The notes beneath the pieces were generated by a model. That model did not search any database, was not told the DNA's origin, and was given only the letters and a program-made list of their open reading frames with translations. From Thermoplasmata archaeon (lineage in GTDB: Archaea; Thermoplasmatota; Thermoplasmata; RBG-16-68-12; JAFNFQ01), in assembly GCA_041489255.1 (NCBI GenBank), contig JBGPQV010000027.1, positions 1 through 32,599 on the forward strand: DNA of 32,599 nucleotides, in the 5' to 3' direction. How positions within the stretch are numbered: the first letter of the stretch is position 1; each line of letters opens with the position of its first letter. The translations under genes were made by a program, and so were the position numbers. Positions 1-8,135 of the stretch are shown here, in pieces.

Positions 1-445
1 ATACAGGGCCAAGCGCATGGGTTTCATCTTCCAATCGTACAATCTGCTACCCGTCTTGACGGCGGTAGAGAACGTGGAGCTTCCCCTGCTGATAGTCGGC
101 AACCCGCCGAAGCAGGCGAGGGCGACCGCGATGATGATCATCGAGCAGATGGGCATGAAGGGGTGGGAGCAGCACAAGCCCTCGGAGCTCAGCGCTGGTC
201 AGCAGCAGCGGGCGGCGATCGCGCGCGCCCTCGTCAACTCTCCCGCGATAGTCTGGGCCGACGAGCCGACAGGGAACCTGGACACTGACACGTCCCGCCA
301 GATCATGCAACTCCTCAAGCAGCTGAACGTCGGGAACCGCCAGACCTTCGTCGTGGTCACGCACGACCCGGCTGTCAGCGAGTGGGCCAACAGGATTCTC
401 AGGATGAGGGACGGCAGGATCGTAGAGGACACCGCCGCCAAGTAG
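1..445 (+). CDS. ABC transporter ATP-binding protein (LolD/MacB-type), 5'-truncated by the window edge
   Basis: GFIFQSYNL Q-loop, LSAGQQQR signature, Walker B/D-loop IVWADEPTGNLD, H-loop VVVTHD. The frame is open back to base 2 and Walker A lies outside the window. Confidence 0.95.
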   Translation, partial: YRAKRMGFIFQSYNLLPVLTAVENVELPLLIVGNPPKQARATAMMIIEQMGMKGWEQHKPSELSAGQQQRAAIARALVNSPAIVWADEPTGNLDTDTSRQIMQLLKQLNVGNRQTFVVVTHDPAVSEWANRILRMRDGRIVEDTAAK

Positions 446-453
446 GTGGGACG

Positions 454-3381
454 TTGCGCGACGCGACCCTCGCCCTCCTGCTCGTTGCGGTAGTCTTCGC
501 TGTCGTGATCATTGCAGCTGCGAGAAGGCGCGTCCTCCTCAGGATGTCCCTGAGGAACATCGCGCGGAGGAAGACGAGAGCCGCCATCGTGGTCTTGGGC
601 CTCATGGTCGGGACGGCGCTGATATCTTCGGCCATGGTGGTCGGCGACACCCTTGAGTACATCTTCACCGAGGACGTGCTGCAGCGCTGGGGCCAGGTGG
701 ACGAGGTAATAGGGACGCAGTCCGCCGGAGTGTACCTGAATTTCACCGATTCCTATTACAGGGTCTTGAGCCAGGACCTCGCGTCGAGGAACGCGCCGAT
801 TGACGGCATTGCGCCGGGGATCGTCCAGAGGCTCACCATCAGGAACGAGCTGGAAGGACTTTGGGCGGAGCCCGTGAGCGTGATCGGCATCGACTCGGCG
901 CTGGAGGCGGGATTCGGCAACTTGATCACGACCGATGGCAGTTCTGCCGCGACGCAGGATCTCGTCCAAGGACAGGTGTACGCCAACCAAAGGGTCGCGG
1001 AGAAACTCTCTGCCGCGCCCGGGAGCCAGCTACGTGTGTATTTCTCGCAGGCTTCGTTCGTCGTCACGGTCGCGAAGATCCTCAGCGATAAGGGCACCGC
1101 AAACCTCGACAAGCAGCAAATCATAATCATGCGACTCGACGAGGCCCAGACGCGCTTCCAGATGCCCGGAAGCATCAATTTCATCCGAGTCTCGAACACG
1201 GGAAATGAGGAGGATGGGGTCCAGCACACTGCCGAGGTGACGGCGGCGATCAGCTCCATCATGGACACGCATGGCTGGAATCCCGTCACGAGGCCGCGTG
1301 TCGCGGAGGTGAAGCAGGAGGGGCTCGACGACGCTCGCGGCTTCAGCAAGGACGTGACCCAGGTCTTCTTCATCATGGGGGCGTTCGCGGTCGTGGCGGG
1401 GATCCTGCTCATCATCAACATCTTCGTCATGATGGCGGAGGAGAGGAAGAGCGAGATGGGCATCTCCAGGGCGGTCGGCATGACCCGCGGCCAGCTGACC
1501 CAGAGCTTCCTCTTCGAGGGCGCGATTTTCTCCGCCCTGTCCGCCTTTCTCGGTTCACTGGTGGGCCTCGGTCTGGGGTTCCTCGTCGTCTACTTCTTCT
1601 CGGTGGTGTTCCCGATTTCGGAAAGAGCGCTCACCGTCACTTTCCACTTCGAAATCAGCAGCCTCGTCCTCGCGTTCGCCGTCGGCGTCCTGATCACCTT
1701 CTTCACGGTCGTTCTCACCTCATGGTTCGTCAGCAGGCTGAACATCGTCCGGGCGATCAGAGGCCAGCCCGAACCGGTGCCGCGGAGGACGACTCTGTTC
1801 GAGGCTTCCGTAGCACTCCTCCTGGTTCTCGGGGGCATGGCGGCAATCTGGCTTCGCTCCTACCCGCCAGCGAACATCGCCTCGATCCCCCTGCTGATCC
1901 TCGGAGTGATGATAGGCTCGCTTAGGATCGTGAACCCGCGCTACACAGCCACTCTCGGCGGCATCGGCATAATCGCCTGGGTCCTCGGCCCCAAGTTCGT
2001 CGAGAGCAACGAGCCCGACATTTACGTGCCGTTCGTCACCGCCGGCCTTCTTCTCGTCCTCGGGGCGGTGCTCATCGTCGTCTTCAACTCCTCTCCATTC
2101 CTCCGCATGATCACCAGGTTCGGTGCGAAGGGCAAGGCTCACCCCGTGCTGAAGACCTCGCTCACTTATCCCATGAGCAAGAAGTTCCAGACTGGCATGA
2201 CGCTCGGGATGTTCTCCCTCATCATGTTCGCGATCTGCATCATATCGATGATACAGGGGATGCAGGGGTCGGCGATCAGCAACCAGATACCGCAGCAGAC
2301 CGGCGGGTACCACCTGGTCGCTCACACGACCGAGTTCAAGAGGATCGACGACGCGAACTGGTCGCGGGGGGTGCAGGAATCAGGTGTCTCGGAGTACATC
2401 GAAAGCGTCTCCAACGCGACGGTAGCGCCGGTCGGGGTTCTGCCGCCGGGATACCCCAAGACGATACCTTACACTCTGTGGGGGGTGGACAACGTCCTCC
2501 TGACGACGAACGAGTTCGGTTTCAGGGAACTCGCCGATCACTACTACGACAGGGGCGGAGAGTACCATCTGATCCAGACCCCGCGCGACGCGTGGACCGC
2601 GCTGGCAGACAGCGACGAGCTCGCGCTCGTGGACGGGAACGCCGCTGGCGGGACGGAGGTGTCTCCGGCCGAGGGAGAGCTCAGATTGGAGGTTGGCGAC
2701 AGGGTCGGCGTCGTGTCCTACCAGACGGGGGCGACGCAGAACTTCACGATACTCGGCATACTCCAGCAGTCCCTGCCCGGGACGATGGGACTCTTCGTCA
2801 ATCAGCAGGTCGTCAGAGGCAACTACTCGATGACCTGGTCCGCTTACTTCTTCCAGCTGAGGCCGGGGGTCAGCGCGAGATTCGTGGCCGACTCGCTCAA
2901 GTCCGCGTTCATCGTGTACGGTTACGGGCTGGAGACCGTCATCGTGGCCGAGGTGCTCGGCCAGGTGATTGAGACGGCAGACCGAGTGCTCCTGTTGATG
3001 CAGGCTTATCTGGGCATCGGATTGATCGTCGGCATCGCCGGAGTGGCGGTGATCATGGTCAGGGCGGTCGTGGAGAGGAGGCAGCAGATAGGCGTTCTGA
3101 GGGCGATAGGCTACACGAAGCGGATGGTCATGGTCTCGTTCCTGCTGGAGATCAGCTTCATCGCGCTCTTCGGTTCCGTCATCGGGATCGCGTGCGGAAT
3201 AGTGCTGGCGTACAGAGTCTGGACCATGTTCTTCCAGGAGGTCACGCCGTTCATCATACCGTGGCTGCACCTCGCGACCGTGGCGTTGATCGCGGCCGTC
3301 GCGACCGTCCTGGCGACAGCATCACCCGCAGTTCGCGCATCGAAGACACCGCCTGCGGCGGCGCTCAGGTACTCGGAGTGA
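454..3381 (+). CDS. ABC transporter permease, double FtsX/MacB-type (about 975 aa)
   Basis: SLRNIARRKTR N-terminal motif, two FtsX-type motifs (EERKSEMGISRAVG, ERRQQIGVLRAIG) and many TM segments. Start set at TTG 454 after AGGTGG. Confidence 0.92.
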   Translation: MRDATLALLLVAVVFAVVIIAAARRRVLLRMSLRNIARRKTRAAIVVLGLMVGTALISSAMVVGDTLEYIFTEDVLQRWGQVDEVIGTQSAGVYLNFTDSYYRVLSQDLASRNAPIDGIAPGIVQRLTIRNELEGLWAEPVSVIGIDSALEAGFGNLITTDGSSAATQDLVQGQVYANQRVAEKLSAAPGSQLRVYFSQASFVVTVAKILSDKGTANLDKQQIIIMRLDEAQTRFQMPGSINFIRVSNTGNEEDGVQHTAEVTAAISSIMDTHGWNPVTRPRVAEVKQEGLDDARGFSKDVTQVFFIMGAFAVVAGILLIINIFVMMAEERKSEMGISRAVGMTRGQLTQSFLFEGAIFSALSAFLGSLVGLGLGFLVVYFFSVVFPISERALTVTFHFEISSLVLAFAVGVLITFFTVVLTSWFVSRLNIVRAIRGQPEPVPRRTTLFEASVALLLVLGGMAAIWLRSYPPANIASIPLLILGVMIGSLRIVNPRYTATLGGIGIIAWVLGPKFVESNEPDIYVPFVTAGLLLVLGAVLIVVFNSSPFLRMITRFGAKGKAHPVLKTSLTYPMSKKFQTGMTLGMFSLIMFAICIISMIQGMQGSAISNQIPQQTGGYHLVAHTTEFKRIDDANWSRGVQESGVSEYIESVSNATVAPVGVLPPGYPKTIPYTLWGVDNVLLTTNEFGFRELADHYYDRGGEYHLIQTPRDAWTALADSDELALVDGNAAGGTEVSPAEGELRLEVGDRVGVVSYQTGATQNFTILGILQQSLPGTMGLFVNQQVVRGNYSMTWSAYFFQLRPGVSARFVADSLKSAFIVYGYGLETVIVAEVLGQVIETADRVLLLMQAYLGIGLIVGIAGVAVIMVRAVVERRQQIGVLRAIGYTKRMVMVSFLLEISFIALFGSVIGIACGIVLAYRVWTMFFQEVTPFIIPWLHLATVALIAAVATVLATASPAVRASKTPPAAALRYSE

Positions 3382-3384
3382 CCT

Positions 3385-4725
3385 CTAGCGTAGGTTCCTG
3401 AACGCGAGCTCGGCAGCGAGCGACGAACTGGACACCATGTCGCCCAGCCCCACGGTCCCTTTCGGCTCGGGCACGATCTTCGTCGGCACGGCCGCCAGTC
3501 CGAACCCCTCGAGATAGCCCTTCGTCGCCAGCTCGTCCGAATCCTGCCTGAGCCAGACTTGCTCGAAGGCCTTTAGCATGTCAAGTCCACGTTCCGAGAC
3601 CGGCACTCTCAAGGCGGCGTCCAGGTCCTTCGGTCCAGGTATCCCGCCCTTCAACGCCGCCGCCGCGCCGATCAACGCCCCGCACAGCATGCCATCCCGG
3701 GCCGGCTCCTCTTTTCCCCGCACTTTGCAGAGGTAGTAACCCATCGTGTGGAGGTGGACCCTCTTCGGCCCGAGACCCATGAGGGCCAGCATGCCCTCGA
3801 CCTGGCCGAGCGGCCCTCTCTCGGGCTTGTGCCCTAGGCAATCCATCACGTCGCGCAGCTCGCCCTCGTTGAGCCCGACGCTATCGACCTTCCTCACGAC
3901 AATGTCGAGAATTTTCTCCAGCTTCATGAGTTCCTGCGTCGACGTCAGCTCCAGGTGGATAGTAATCCGGGGATTGCCGAGCCGCAGGAGCCTGATATGC
4001 TCGGCCACGCGGGCGAAGGCGCCCTCGTAGTCGTCGCCCATGTGGTTCAGTCCTGCCAGGAATGCGACGTCCACCAAGGGAGCGAGTTCCGGCAGGACCT
4101 CCTCCCAGTCGGTCTGGAACTCGATCGGGGTCGTGGGGCAGGCGATCATCCTGTTGTTCCTGCCGGGCCGCCCGGACGCGAAGGCCGTCCCGGTGCCGTA
4201 CTCGAAGATGTAGTGCGCCTCCGGCTCCACCTCTTCCACGAACTTCTCCGCCGGTATGACCCGCATTCCATCGTGAGAGGGCAGGGCCACGAGCGCCTTC
4301 GTCTTGCGGTAGAGGGCGGCAGCGCGTGCGTCGAACCTGTCCGCATGGACGATAACCGCGCTCCTCTGGAACTTCGAAAGGAGGTTCGCGATTATGGCCA
4401 CCTGCCCGCCGATCTGTTCTTTGTACGGGCCGAGCTTCGAGATCTCAGCGAAGACCTTCGGCTCGCAGACGACCTCCACGGCGACGTTGCGGCGGATGCT
4501 GAAGGCGAGGGCATCTGCGAAGTCCTGGATGCCACTCACCCTCCGTGGCCTCCGCGATTTCGAGGGTTTCGGAAGCTTGGACAGGAGTCGCTCGTCGACT
4601 TTCACGACGCGGTCGAGGACCGTGTTGTAGGCGAGGAGCGCCCTGCAGCCGGCAAGGGGACGCGCGCTCTTGACACTCCTGTAGAGGCTCTCCCAGGAGT
4701 CCTTCTCCCTATCCTTGCGGGGCAC
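3385..4725 (-). CDS. ADP-dependent glucokinase/phosphofructokinase
   Basis: AYNTVLD, IGGQVAIIAN, HYIFEY, NRMI, SVGLNEGE, HLHTMGYY and PKGTVGLGD motifs. GTG start at 4725 is inferred (TATA-like ATAATAT about 25-30 nt upstream); the ORF extends to TTG 4764. Confidence 0.9.
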   Translation of the reverse strand: MPRKDREKDSWESLYRSVKSARPLAGCRALLAYNTVLDRVVKVDERLLSKLPKPSKSRRPRRVSGIQDFADALAFSIRRNVAVEVVCEPKVFAEISKLGPYKEQIGGQVAIIANLLSKFQRSAVIVHADRFDARAAALYRKTKALVALPSHDGMRVIPAEKFVEEVEPEAHYIFEYGTGTAFASGRPGRNNRMIACPTTPIEFQTDWEEVLPELAPLVDVAFLAGLNHMGDDYEGAFARVAEHIRLLRLGNPRITIHLELTSTQELMKLEKILDIVVRKVDSVGLNEGELRDVMDCLGHKPERGPLGQVEGMLALMGLGPKRVHLHTMGYYLCKVRGKEEPARDGMLCGALIGAAAALKGGIPGPKDLDAALRVPVSERGLDMLKAFEQVWLRQDSDELATKGYLEGFGLAAVPTKIVPEPKGTVGLGDMVSSSSLAAELAFRNLR

Positions 4726-4773
4726 CGAGGGGGTATTCCTATGGGGAGATATTATGGCTCCCAAGGCCGGTTC

Positions 4774-4782
4774 TCCTTTGAC
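4774..4782 (+). repeat. Target-site duplication, left copy (TCCTTTGAC)
   Basis: Identical 9-mer at 8124-8132; both copies directly abut the terminal inverted repeats. Confidence 0.93.
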
Positions 4783-4806
4783 GGCTTTGCTAACTTAACT
4801 GAGATG
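4783..4806 (+). repeat. Left terminal inverted repeat GGCTTTGCTAACTTAACTGAGATG
   Basis: Reverse complement of 8100-8123 is GGCTTTGCTAACTTAAGTGATATG (2 mismatches). Confidence 0.93.
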
Positions 4807-4868
4807 CCCTCCATATGAGATAATGGGATTCTGGGCTGTGTCTGACGGCTTCCATGACGTAATGCATA

Positions 4869-5612
4869 CTAAGGTATGCTTCTGCGTTTCCTGTGCTCGG
4901 TGTTGAACACTACAACCTTGTCCCAATCTATGGACATATCCTCCTTGCAGAACTCTTCCCTGAACTCATCTTGGTATGCGGCAAGGGCCTTCGCTCGTGC
5001 GACATCGAACTCTCTTCTCGCCTTGGCGGCCTTACCCTCCATCAAGCGAGAAAGTTTCAGATGGAACTCGGGATCACCTGTCAGCCATTCCCAGAACGCC
5101 TTGCCGGAGAGTGTCCGTGCGAACTGTTTTCCCCCGCTTCGCGATACCCTACTACCCGAGCCACAACCAATCACAGCGTCGAAATTCTTTCCATTCCTCA
5201 GCCGAATACTCCGCATTGTCCTGAAGTTGTCGTCTAACCGTTTCTTCGCCTGAGCACTCCCCCAATGAGGACTTGACTTCACCGCCACTGCGGTGATTGA
5301 GCGTTCGTCCTCCATCACAATATCGATTCCCACCGCTTCCGCTTTGTGTCCCCCCTTCTTCCTTGCGGCCCACTGAGCGACGGCCTCGAACACCGTCTCC
5401 CCAAAGATTGTTTCGTCTGACTCCCTCAGATGTGTGTCAAGCATCGACTCGATGAGCGGCTTGGGTTCTTCAATGCCGAGCGAGCGGAGCAAGTAAGGGT
5501 TCTTTCGCTTGAGTATGTCCCTCAGTTTCAGGTTCTTTAGAGCGTCAGACCTTCTCTTGTAGAAATCAGCTAAGCATTTCGAGACTAATTTCTCTAAGTC
5601 GTTCTCTGGCAT
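4869..5612 (-). CDS. Type II restriction endonuclease, PmeII/EcoO109I-like family (about 247 aa)
   Basis: LKRKNPYL, ETIFG, GID...AVKSSPHWGS and SGKAFWEWLTGD motifs. It lies directly downstream of, and overlaps, an MTase. ATG 5612 is preceded by GAGG. Confidence 0.85.
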   Translation of the reverse strand: MPENDLEKLVSKCLADFYKRRSDALKNLKLRDILKRKNPYLLRSLGIEEPKPLIESMLDTHLRESDETIFGETVFEAVAQWAARKKGGHKAEAVGIDIVMEDERSITAVAVKSSPHWGSAQAKKRLDDNFRTMRSIRLRNGKNFDAVIGCGSGSRVSRSGGKQFARTLSGKAFWEWLTGDPEFHLKLSRLMEGKAAKARREFDVARAKALAAYQDEFREEFCKEDMSIDWDKVVVFNTEHRKRRSIP

Positions 5613-6465
5613 CTGTTGCCTCAGCGCGTGGACGTATGGCGATTGGAAGACCTTTCTTGCGCCTCTCAATCGCTGCGAGCGCCTCTTGGTAATATCTCTC
5701 TGATATTTCAATGCCTACGTAGTGTCGGTCCAAGTCGATGCAGGAGATGGCGGTGGTTCCCGCCCCCATGAAGGGATCGAGAACAACATCGCCTTTGTCC
5801 GTGAACAGTTTGATGAACCACGAAGGTAAGCCGATGGGGAACGCCGCGCTGTGATTACGATTAGAGCACTCGGTCGCCATATGGATGACGTTTGTAGGAT
5901 ACACCTTCTCCCTGCCAAGCCACTCGGAGACATTCTTGCCGAACCCACTCTTTGTCTTGGACTCGTCCCTTATCTTGTCAGTCTTGCTCAACTTCTTCAG
6001 CCGTTTCTCGGCCCAGTCCCCAACATCTACCATTACCCGCTCCTGGCGCATCTTGAAGTGCTTGTTCTTCGTGAAGTGTAGACAACGCTCCCAGGAGTCT
6101 CGGAATCTATTGGGCCACTTGCCTGGATAACAGTTGCTCTTGCACCAAATATATTCCTCTGTCCATTGCCACCCCTGTTTCCTCATCGCCAAGATCAGCT
6201 CCAGAACGTAAGGATGTCGTTCTCCGTTCATGACGCGTTCCTTGATGTTAAGAACGAACGATCCTGTAGGCTTCAAAACCCGCCTTAACTGTTCGGAAAT
6301 TGGGCGGAACCATTCCACATAGTGCTCTACACGGATCCCGCCATAGGTCTCCTTGCGGTTGTAAGCATACGGCGGGGATGTTATCACAAGGTCCACGGAA
6401 GCGGAGGGGAACGTAGGGAGGGTTGCAGCACAGTCGGCACGGTAAATGTGATCCAGGTCCATCAT
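5566..6465 (-). CDS. Site-specific DNA amino-methyltransferase, beta class, probably N4-cytosine (about 299 aa)
   Basis: Catalytic motif VITSPPY precedes the SAM-binding motif VLDPFMGAGTT; HSAAFP also present. ATG 6465 follows a GGGGAGGGG RBS. Confidence 0.93.
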   Translation of the reverse strand: MMDLDHIYRADCAATLPTFPSASVDLVITSPPYAYNRKETYGGIRVEHYVEWFRPISEQLRRVLKPTGSFVLNIKERVMNGERHPYVLELILAMRKQGWQWTEEYIWCKSNCYPGKWPNRFRDSWERCLHFTKNKHFKMRQERVMVDVGDWAEKRLKKLSKTDKIRDESKTKSGFGKNVSEWLGREKVYPTNVIHMATECSNRNHSAAFPIGLPSWFIKLFTDKGDVVLDPFMGAGTTAISCIDLDRHYVGIEISERYYQEALAAIERRKKGLPIAIRPRAEATDARERLREISLEMLS

Positions 6466-6574
6466 GAACCCCTCCCCTCGCTCGACAGACCATCCAAAGA
6501 GACCGAGACCTGTTTGCATCCCGACAGGCTCAAGCGTGACACTGATTGAAATCGCCAGCCTGCGGATTCATCTT

Positions 6575-6781
6575 TCACGGCTGCTGCCCCCGCCCCCCTG
6601 TTTCCGGTGGAGACTTGTTTTCCAGTCTTTCGATTAAGAGGTCTATAGCGGCATCTATGGCGTGCGACTCGCTTCTAAACTTGTATTCTTCCCAATGCTC
6701 CCTAATCCAGTCTCTGTGCTTCTTCTCGATGCTCACACTCATCTGTTGTTTGTGTTTGTCTAAGGGTTTCCTTGGCGGCAT
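6575..6781 (-). CDS. Small ribbon-helix-helix DNA-binding protein (68 aa; alternative ATG at 6811)
   Basis: Alternating beta strand QMSVSI, helix, then FRSESHAIDAAIDLLI, typical of CopG/MetJ-type RHH. Co-oriented upstream of the MTase. Confidence 0.75.
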   Translation of the reverse strand: MPPRKPLDKHKQQMSVSIEKKHRDWIREHWEEYKFRSESHAIDAAIDLLIERLENKSPPETGGRGQQP

Positions 6782-6824
6782 GGCTTTTGTCCGTTTTCTT
6801 TGCGACTGCATCGGAATTCCTGCG

Positions 6825-6856
6825 GGTTAATAACCATTCTGGGTAATAACAGTTAT
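6825..6856 (-). promoter_or_regulatory. AT-rich candidate promoter/operator of the RHH-M-R unit with two palindromes
   Basis: GGTTA-A-TAACC (6825-6835) and ATAAC-A-GTTAT (6846-6856) lie upstream of the RHH gene. Confidence 0.4.
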
Positions 6857-7153
6857 CATTAGTCATTCCTGCATACGGTGATAAGGTGGTAAGGTATCGC
6901 AATTCCTAGGATGGGATGAGCGTTAGTGTCAGAAGGGATGGAGCATCAGAGAAAGGCGCGGAAGGGCGTTCCAGACATCGTTACGCTACTTCGACGACGA
7001 GTCCTATCCTCTCTACGCCAAGAGTGAAAGTGTTTCTGAGCACACCGTAGCGCAAGAGGCATTCGTTAAACGCCAAGTTCTCCATAGAAATCTGAATACT
7101 TCTCCATATCCCCATGATAGGGCTAAGCCATCCCACTCCATATGGATAAGGGA

Positions 7154-7184
7154 AGACGACGGGTGTAGTGAGCACCCGCCGTCT
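7154..7184 (+). promoter_or_regulatory. Stem-loop directly before the transposase RBS
   Basis: AGACGACGGGTG-tagtgag-CACCCGCCGTCT (11/12 pairs), followed at once by GGGAGG and TTG 7200. Confidence 0.5.
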
Positions 7185-7199
7185 GGGAGGCTCGTTGAT

Positions 7200-8111
7200 T
7201 TGAGCAGCGAACCCCAGAGAAAGGATAGCGAGAAGTTAGCATATGAGGTTGTCGGAAGGAAGGGCGAATGCAAGTGGTGCGGCTCGGATAGGATCGTGAA
7301 GGCGGGCAAGGACAGCGGTAAGCAGATGTGGCTTTGCAAAGAGTGCCATCACCGTTTCCTCCAGAACGGTGCTCCTCCAAGGATGAGAACACCACTAAGG
7401 ACCATCGCCCTGGCGCACGAGTTCTACTTCGACGGGATGTCGCTGAGGAAAGTCAGGAGGAATCTTGGCAAGGCGCTTGGCATGAGCAGAAGCAATGTGG
7501 CGATCCTCAAATGGCTGAACAAATATCCCGCCTTGGTTGCCCCGTTCTTGGAGAACTTCCATCCGGTAACGGGCGTGGAATGGTGTGGGGATGAAACGCA
7601 GGTCAAAGTGAAGGGCGTGCCCTACTGGATATGGGAGGTCTTGGACAGCAAGACCCGTTTCCTGCTCTCGTTGATTGAGACCGACATCAGCCGAACGGAC
7701 GAGCGGGCAGTGGACTTGTTCGGACAGGCCAAGGCTCTTGGTGGGAGGCCGCAGGTTATCCAGACTGATGGGCTGCCCGCATACAACGCGGGCATCAGGC
7801 GAAACTTCTGGACTCCGAAGCCGGACCTTAGGGTGAAGCACAATGTCGGCGGCATGGACGAGAACGCGATGATCGAGAGGTATCACAATACCTACAAGGA
7901 TCGCTACAAGGTGATGAGAGGATTCAAAGCCGTGCCCAGTTCAACCGCCATTAATCAAGGGTTCAGGATACACTACAACTTTTTGAGGGAGCACATGGCT
8001 CTTAGGACGACTCCGGCGGTAGCAGCACAGATTCAGTTGCCCTTCGAGGACGGGTGGGGTGATCTTGTCCGCTGGGCGTCATACTGGCAAACGTTGAGTC
8101 ATATCACTTAA
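7200..8111 (+). CDS. DDE transposase, IS6-like, with N-terminal C4 zinc ribbon and HTH
   Basis: CKWC...GKQMWLCKEC zinc ribbon, GMSLRKV HTH, catalytic triad WCGDET / QTDG / NAMIERYH, and C-terminal YNFLREHMAL..TPA. Confidence 0.92.
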   Translation: MSSEPQRKDSEKLAYEVVGRKGECKWCGSDRIVKAGKDSGKQMWLCKECHHRFLQNGAPPRMRTPLRTIALAHEFYFDGMSLRKVRRNLGKALGMSRSNVAILKWLNKYPALVAPFLENFHPVTGVEWCGDETQVKVKGVPYWIWEVLDSKTRFLLSLIETDISRTDERAVDLFGQAKALGGRPQVIQTDGLPAYNAGIRRNFWTPKPDLRVKHNVGGMDENAMIERYHNTYKDRYKVMRGFKAVPSSTAINQGFRIHYNFLREHMALRTTPAVAAQIQLPFEDGWGDLVRWASYWQTLSHIT

Positions 8112-8123
8112 GTTAGCAAAGCC
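8100..8123 (-). repeat. Right terminal inverted repeat (contains the transposase TAA)
   Basis: CATATCACTTAAGTTAGCAAAGCC, the inverse of 4783-4806. Confidence 0.93.
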
Positions 8124-8132
8124 TCCTTTGAC
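8124..8132 (+). repeat. Target-site duplication, right copy (TCCTTTGAC)
   Basis: Identical to 4774-4782. Confidence 0.93.
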
Positions 8133-8135
8133 ATA

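Larger units (their letters stand above)
4783..8123 (+). mobile_element. Cargo-carrying insertion sequence (transporter IS, IS6-like DDE transposase) with an RHH gene and a Type II R-M system, 3,341 bp
   Basis: 24-bp TIRs (22/24, first 16 bp perfect), 9-bp TSD, one transposase whose stop codon lies in the right TIR, and visibly lower GC than the flanks. Confidence 0.93.

Noticed and set aside
3955-4818. 287-aa plus-strand ORF, and similar long antisense ORFs (199-990, 2380-3270, 8606-9457, 10233-11159, 11716-12534, 17125-18651, 20267-21097)
   Set aside because: Shadow frames of well-supported genes in GC-rich DNA, with no recognisable motifs.
5613-5711. N-terminal extension of the REase ORF
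   Set aside because: It would overlap the MTase by 146 bp; ATG 5612 with a GAGG RBS is more plausible.
6928-6938. GTCAGAAGGGA as a possible guide-like match to the target site (GTCAAAGGA)
   Set aside because: The match needs gaps in a 9-mer, which is expected by chance; no evidence for RNA-guided targeting.
6917-7175. Short ORFs inside the element (64 aa on the minus strand; 44 aa and 29 aa on the plus strand)
   Set aside because: No motifs, mutually overlapping, and none can be supported.
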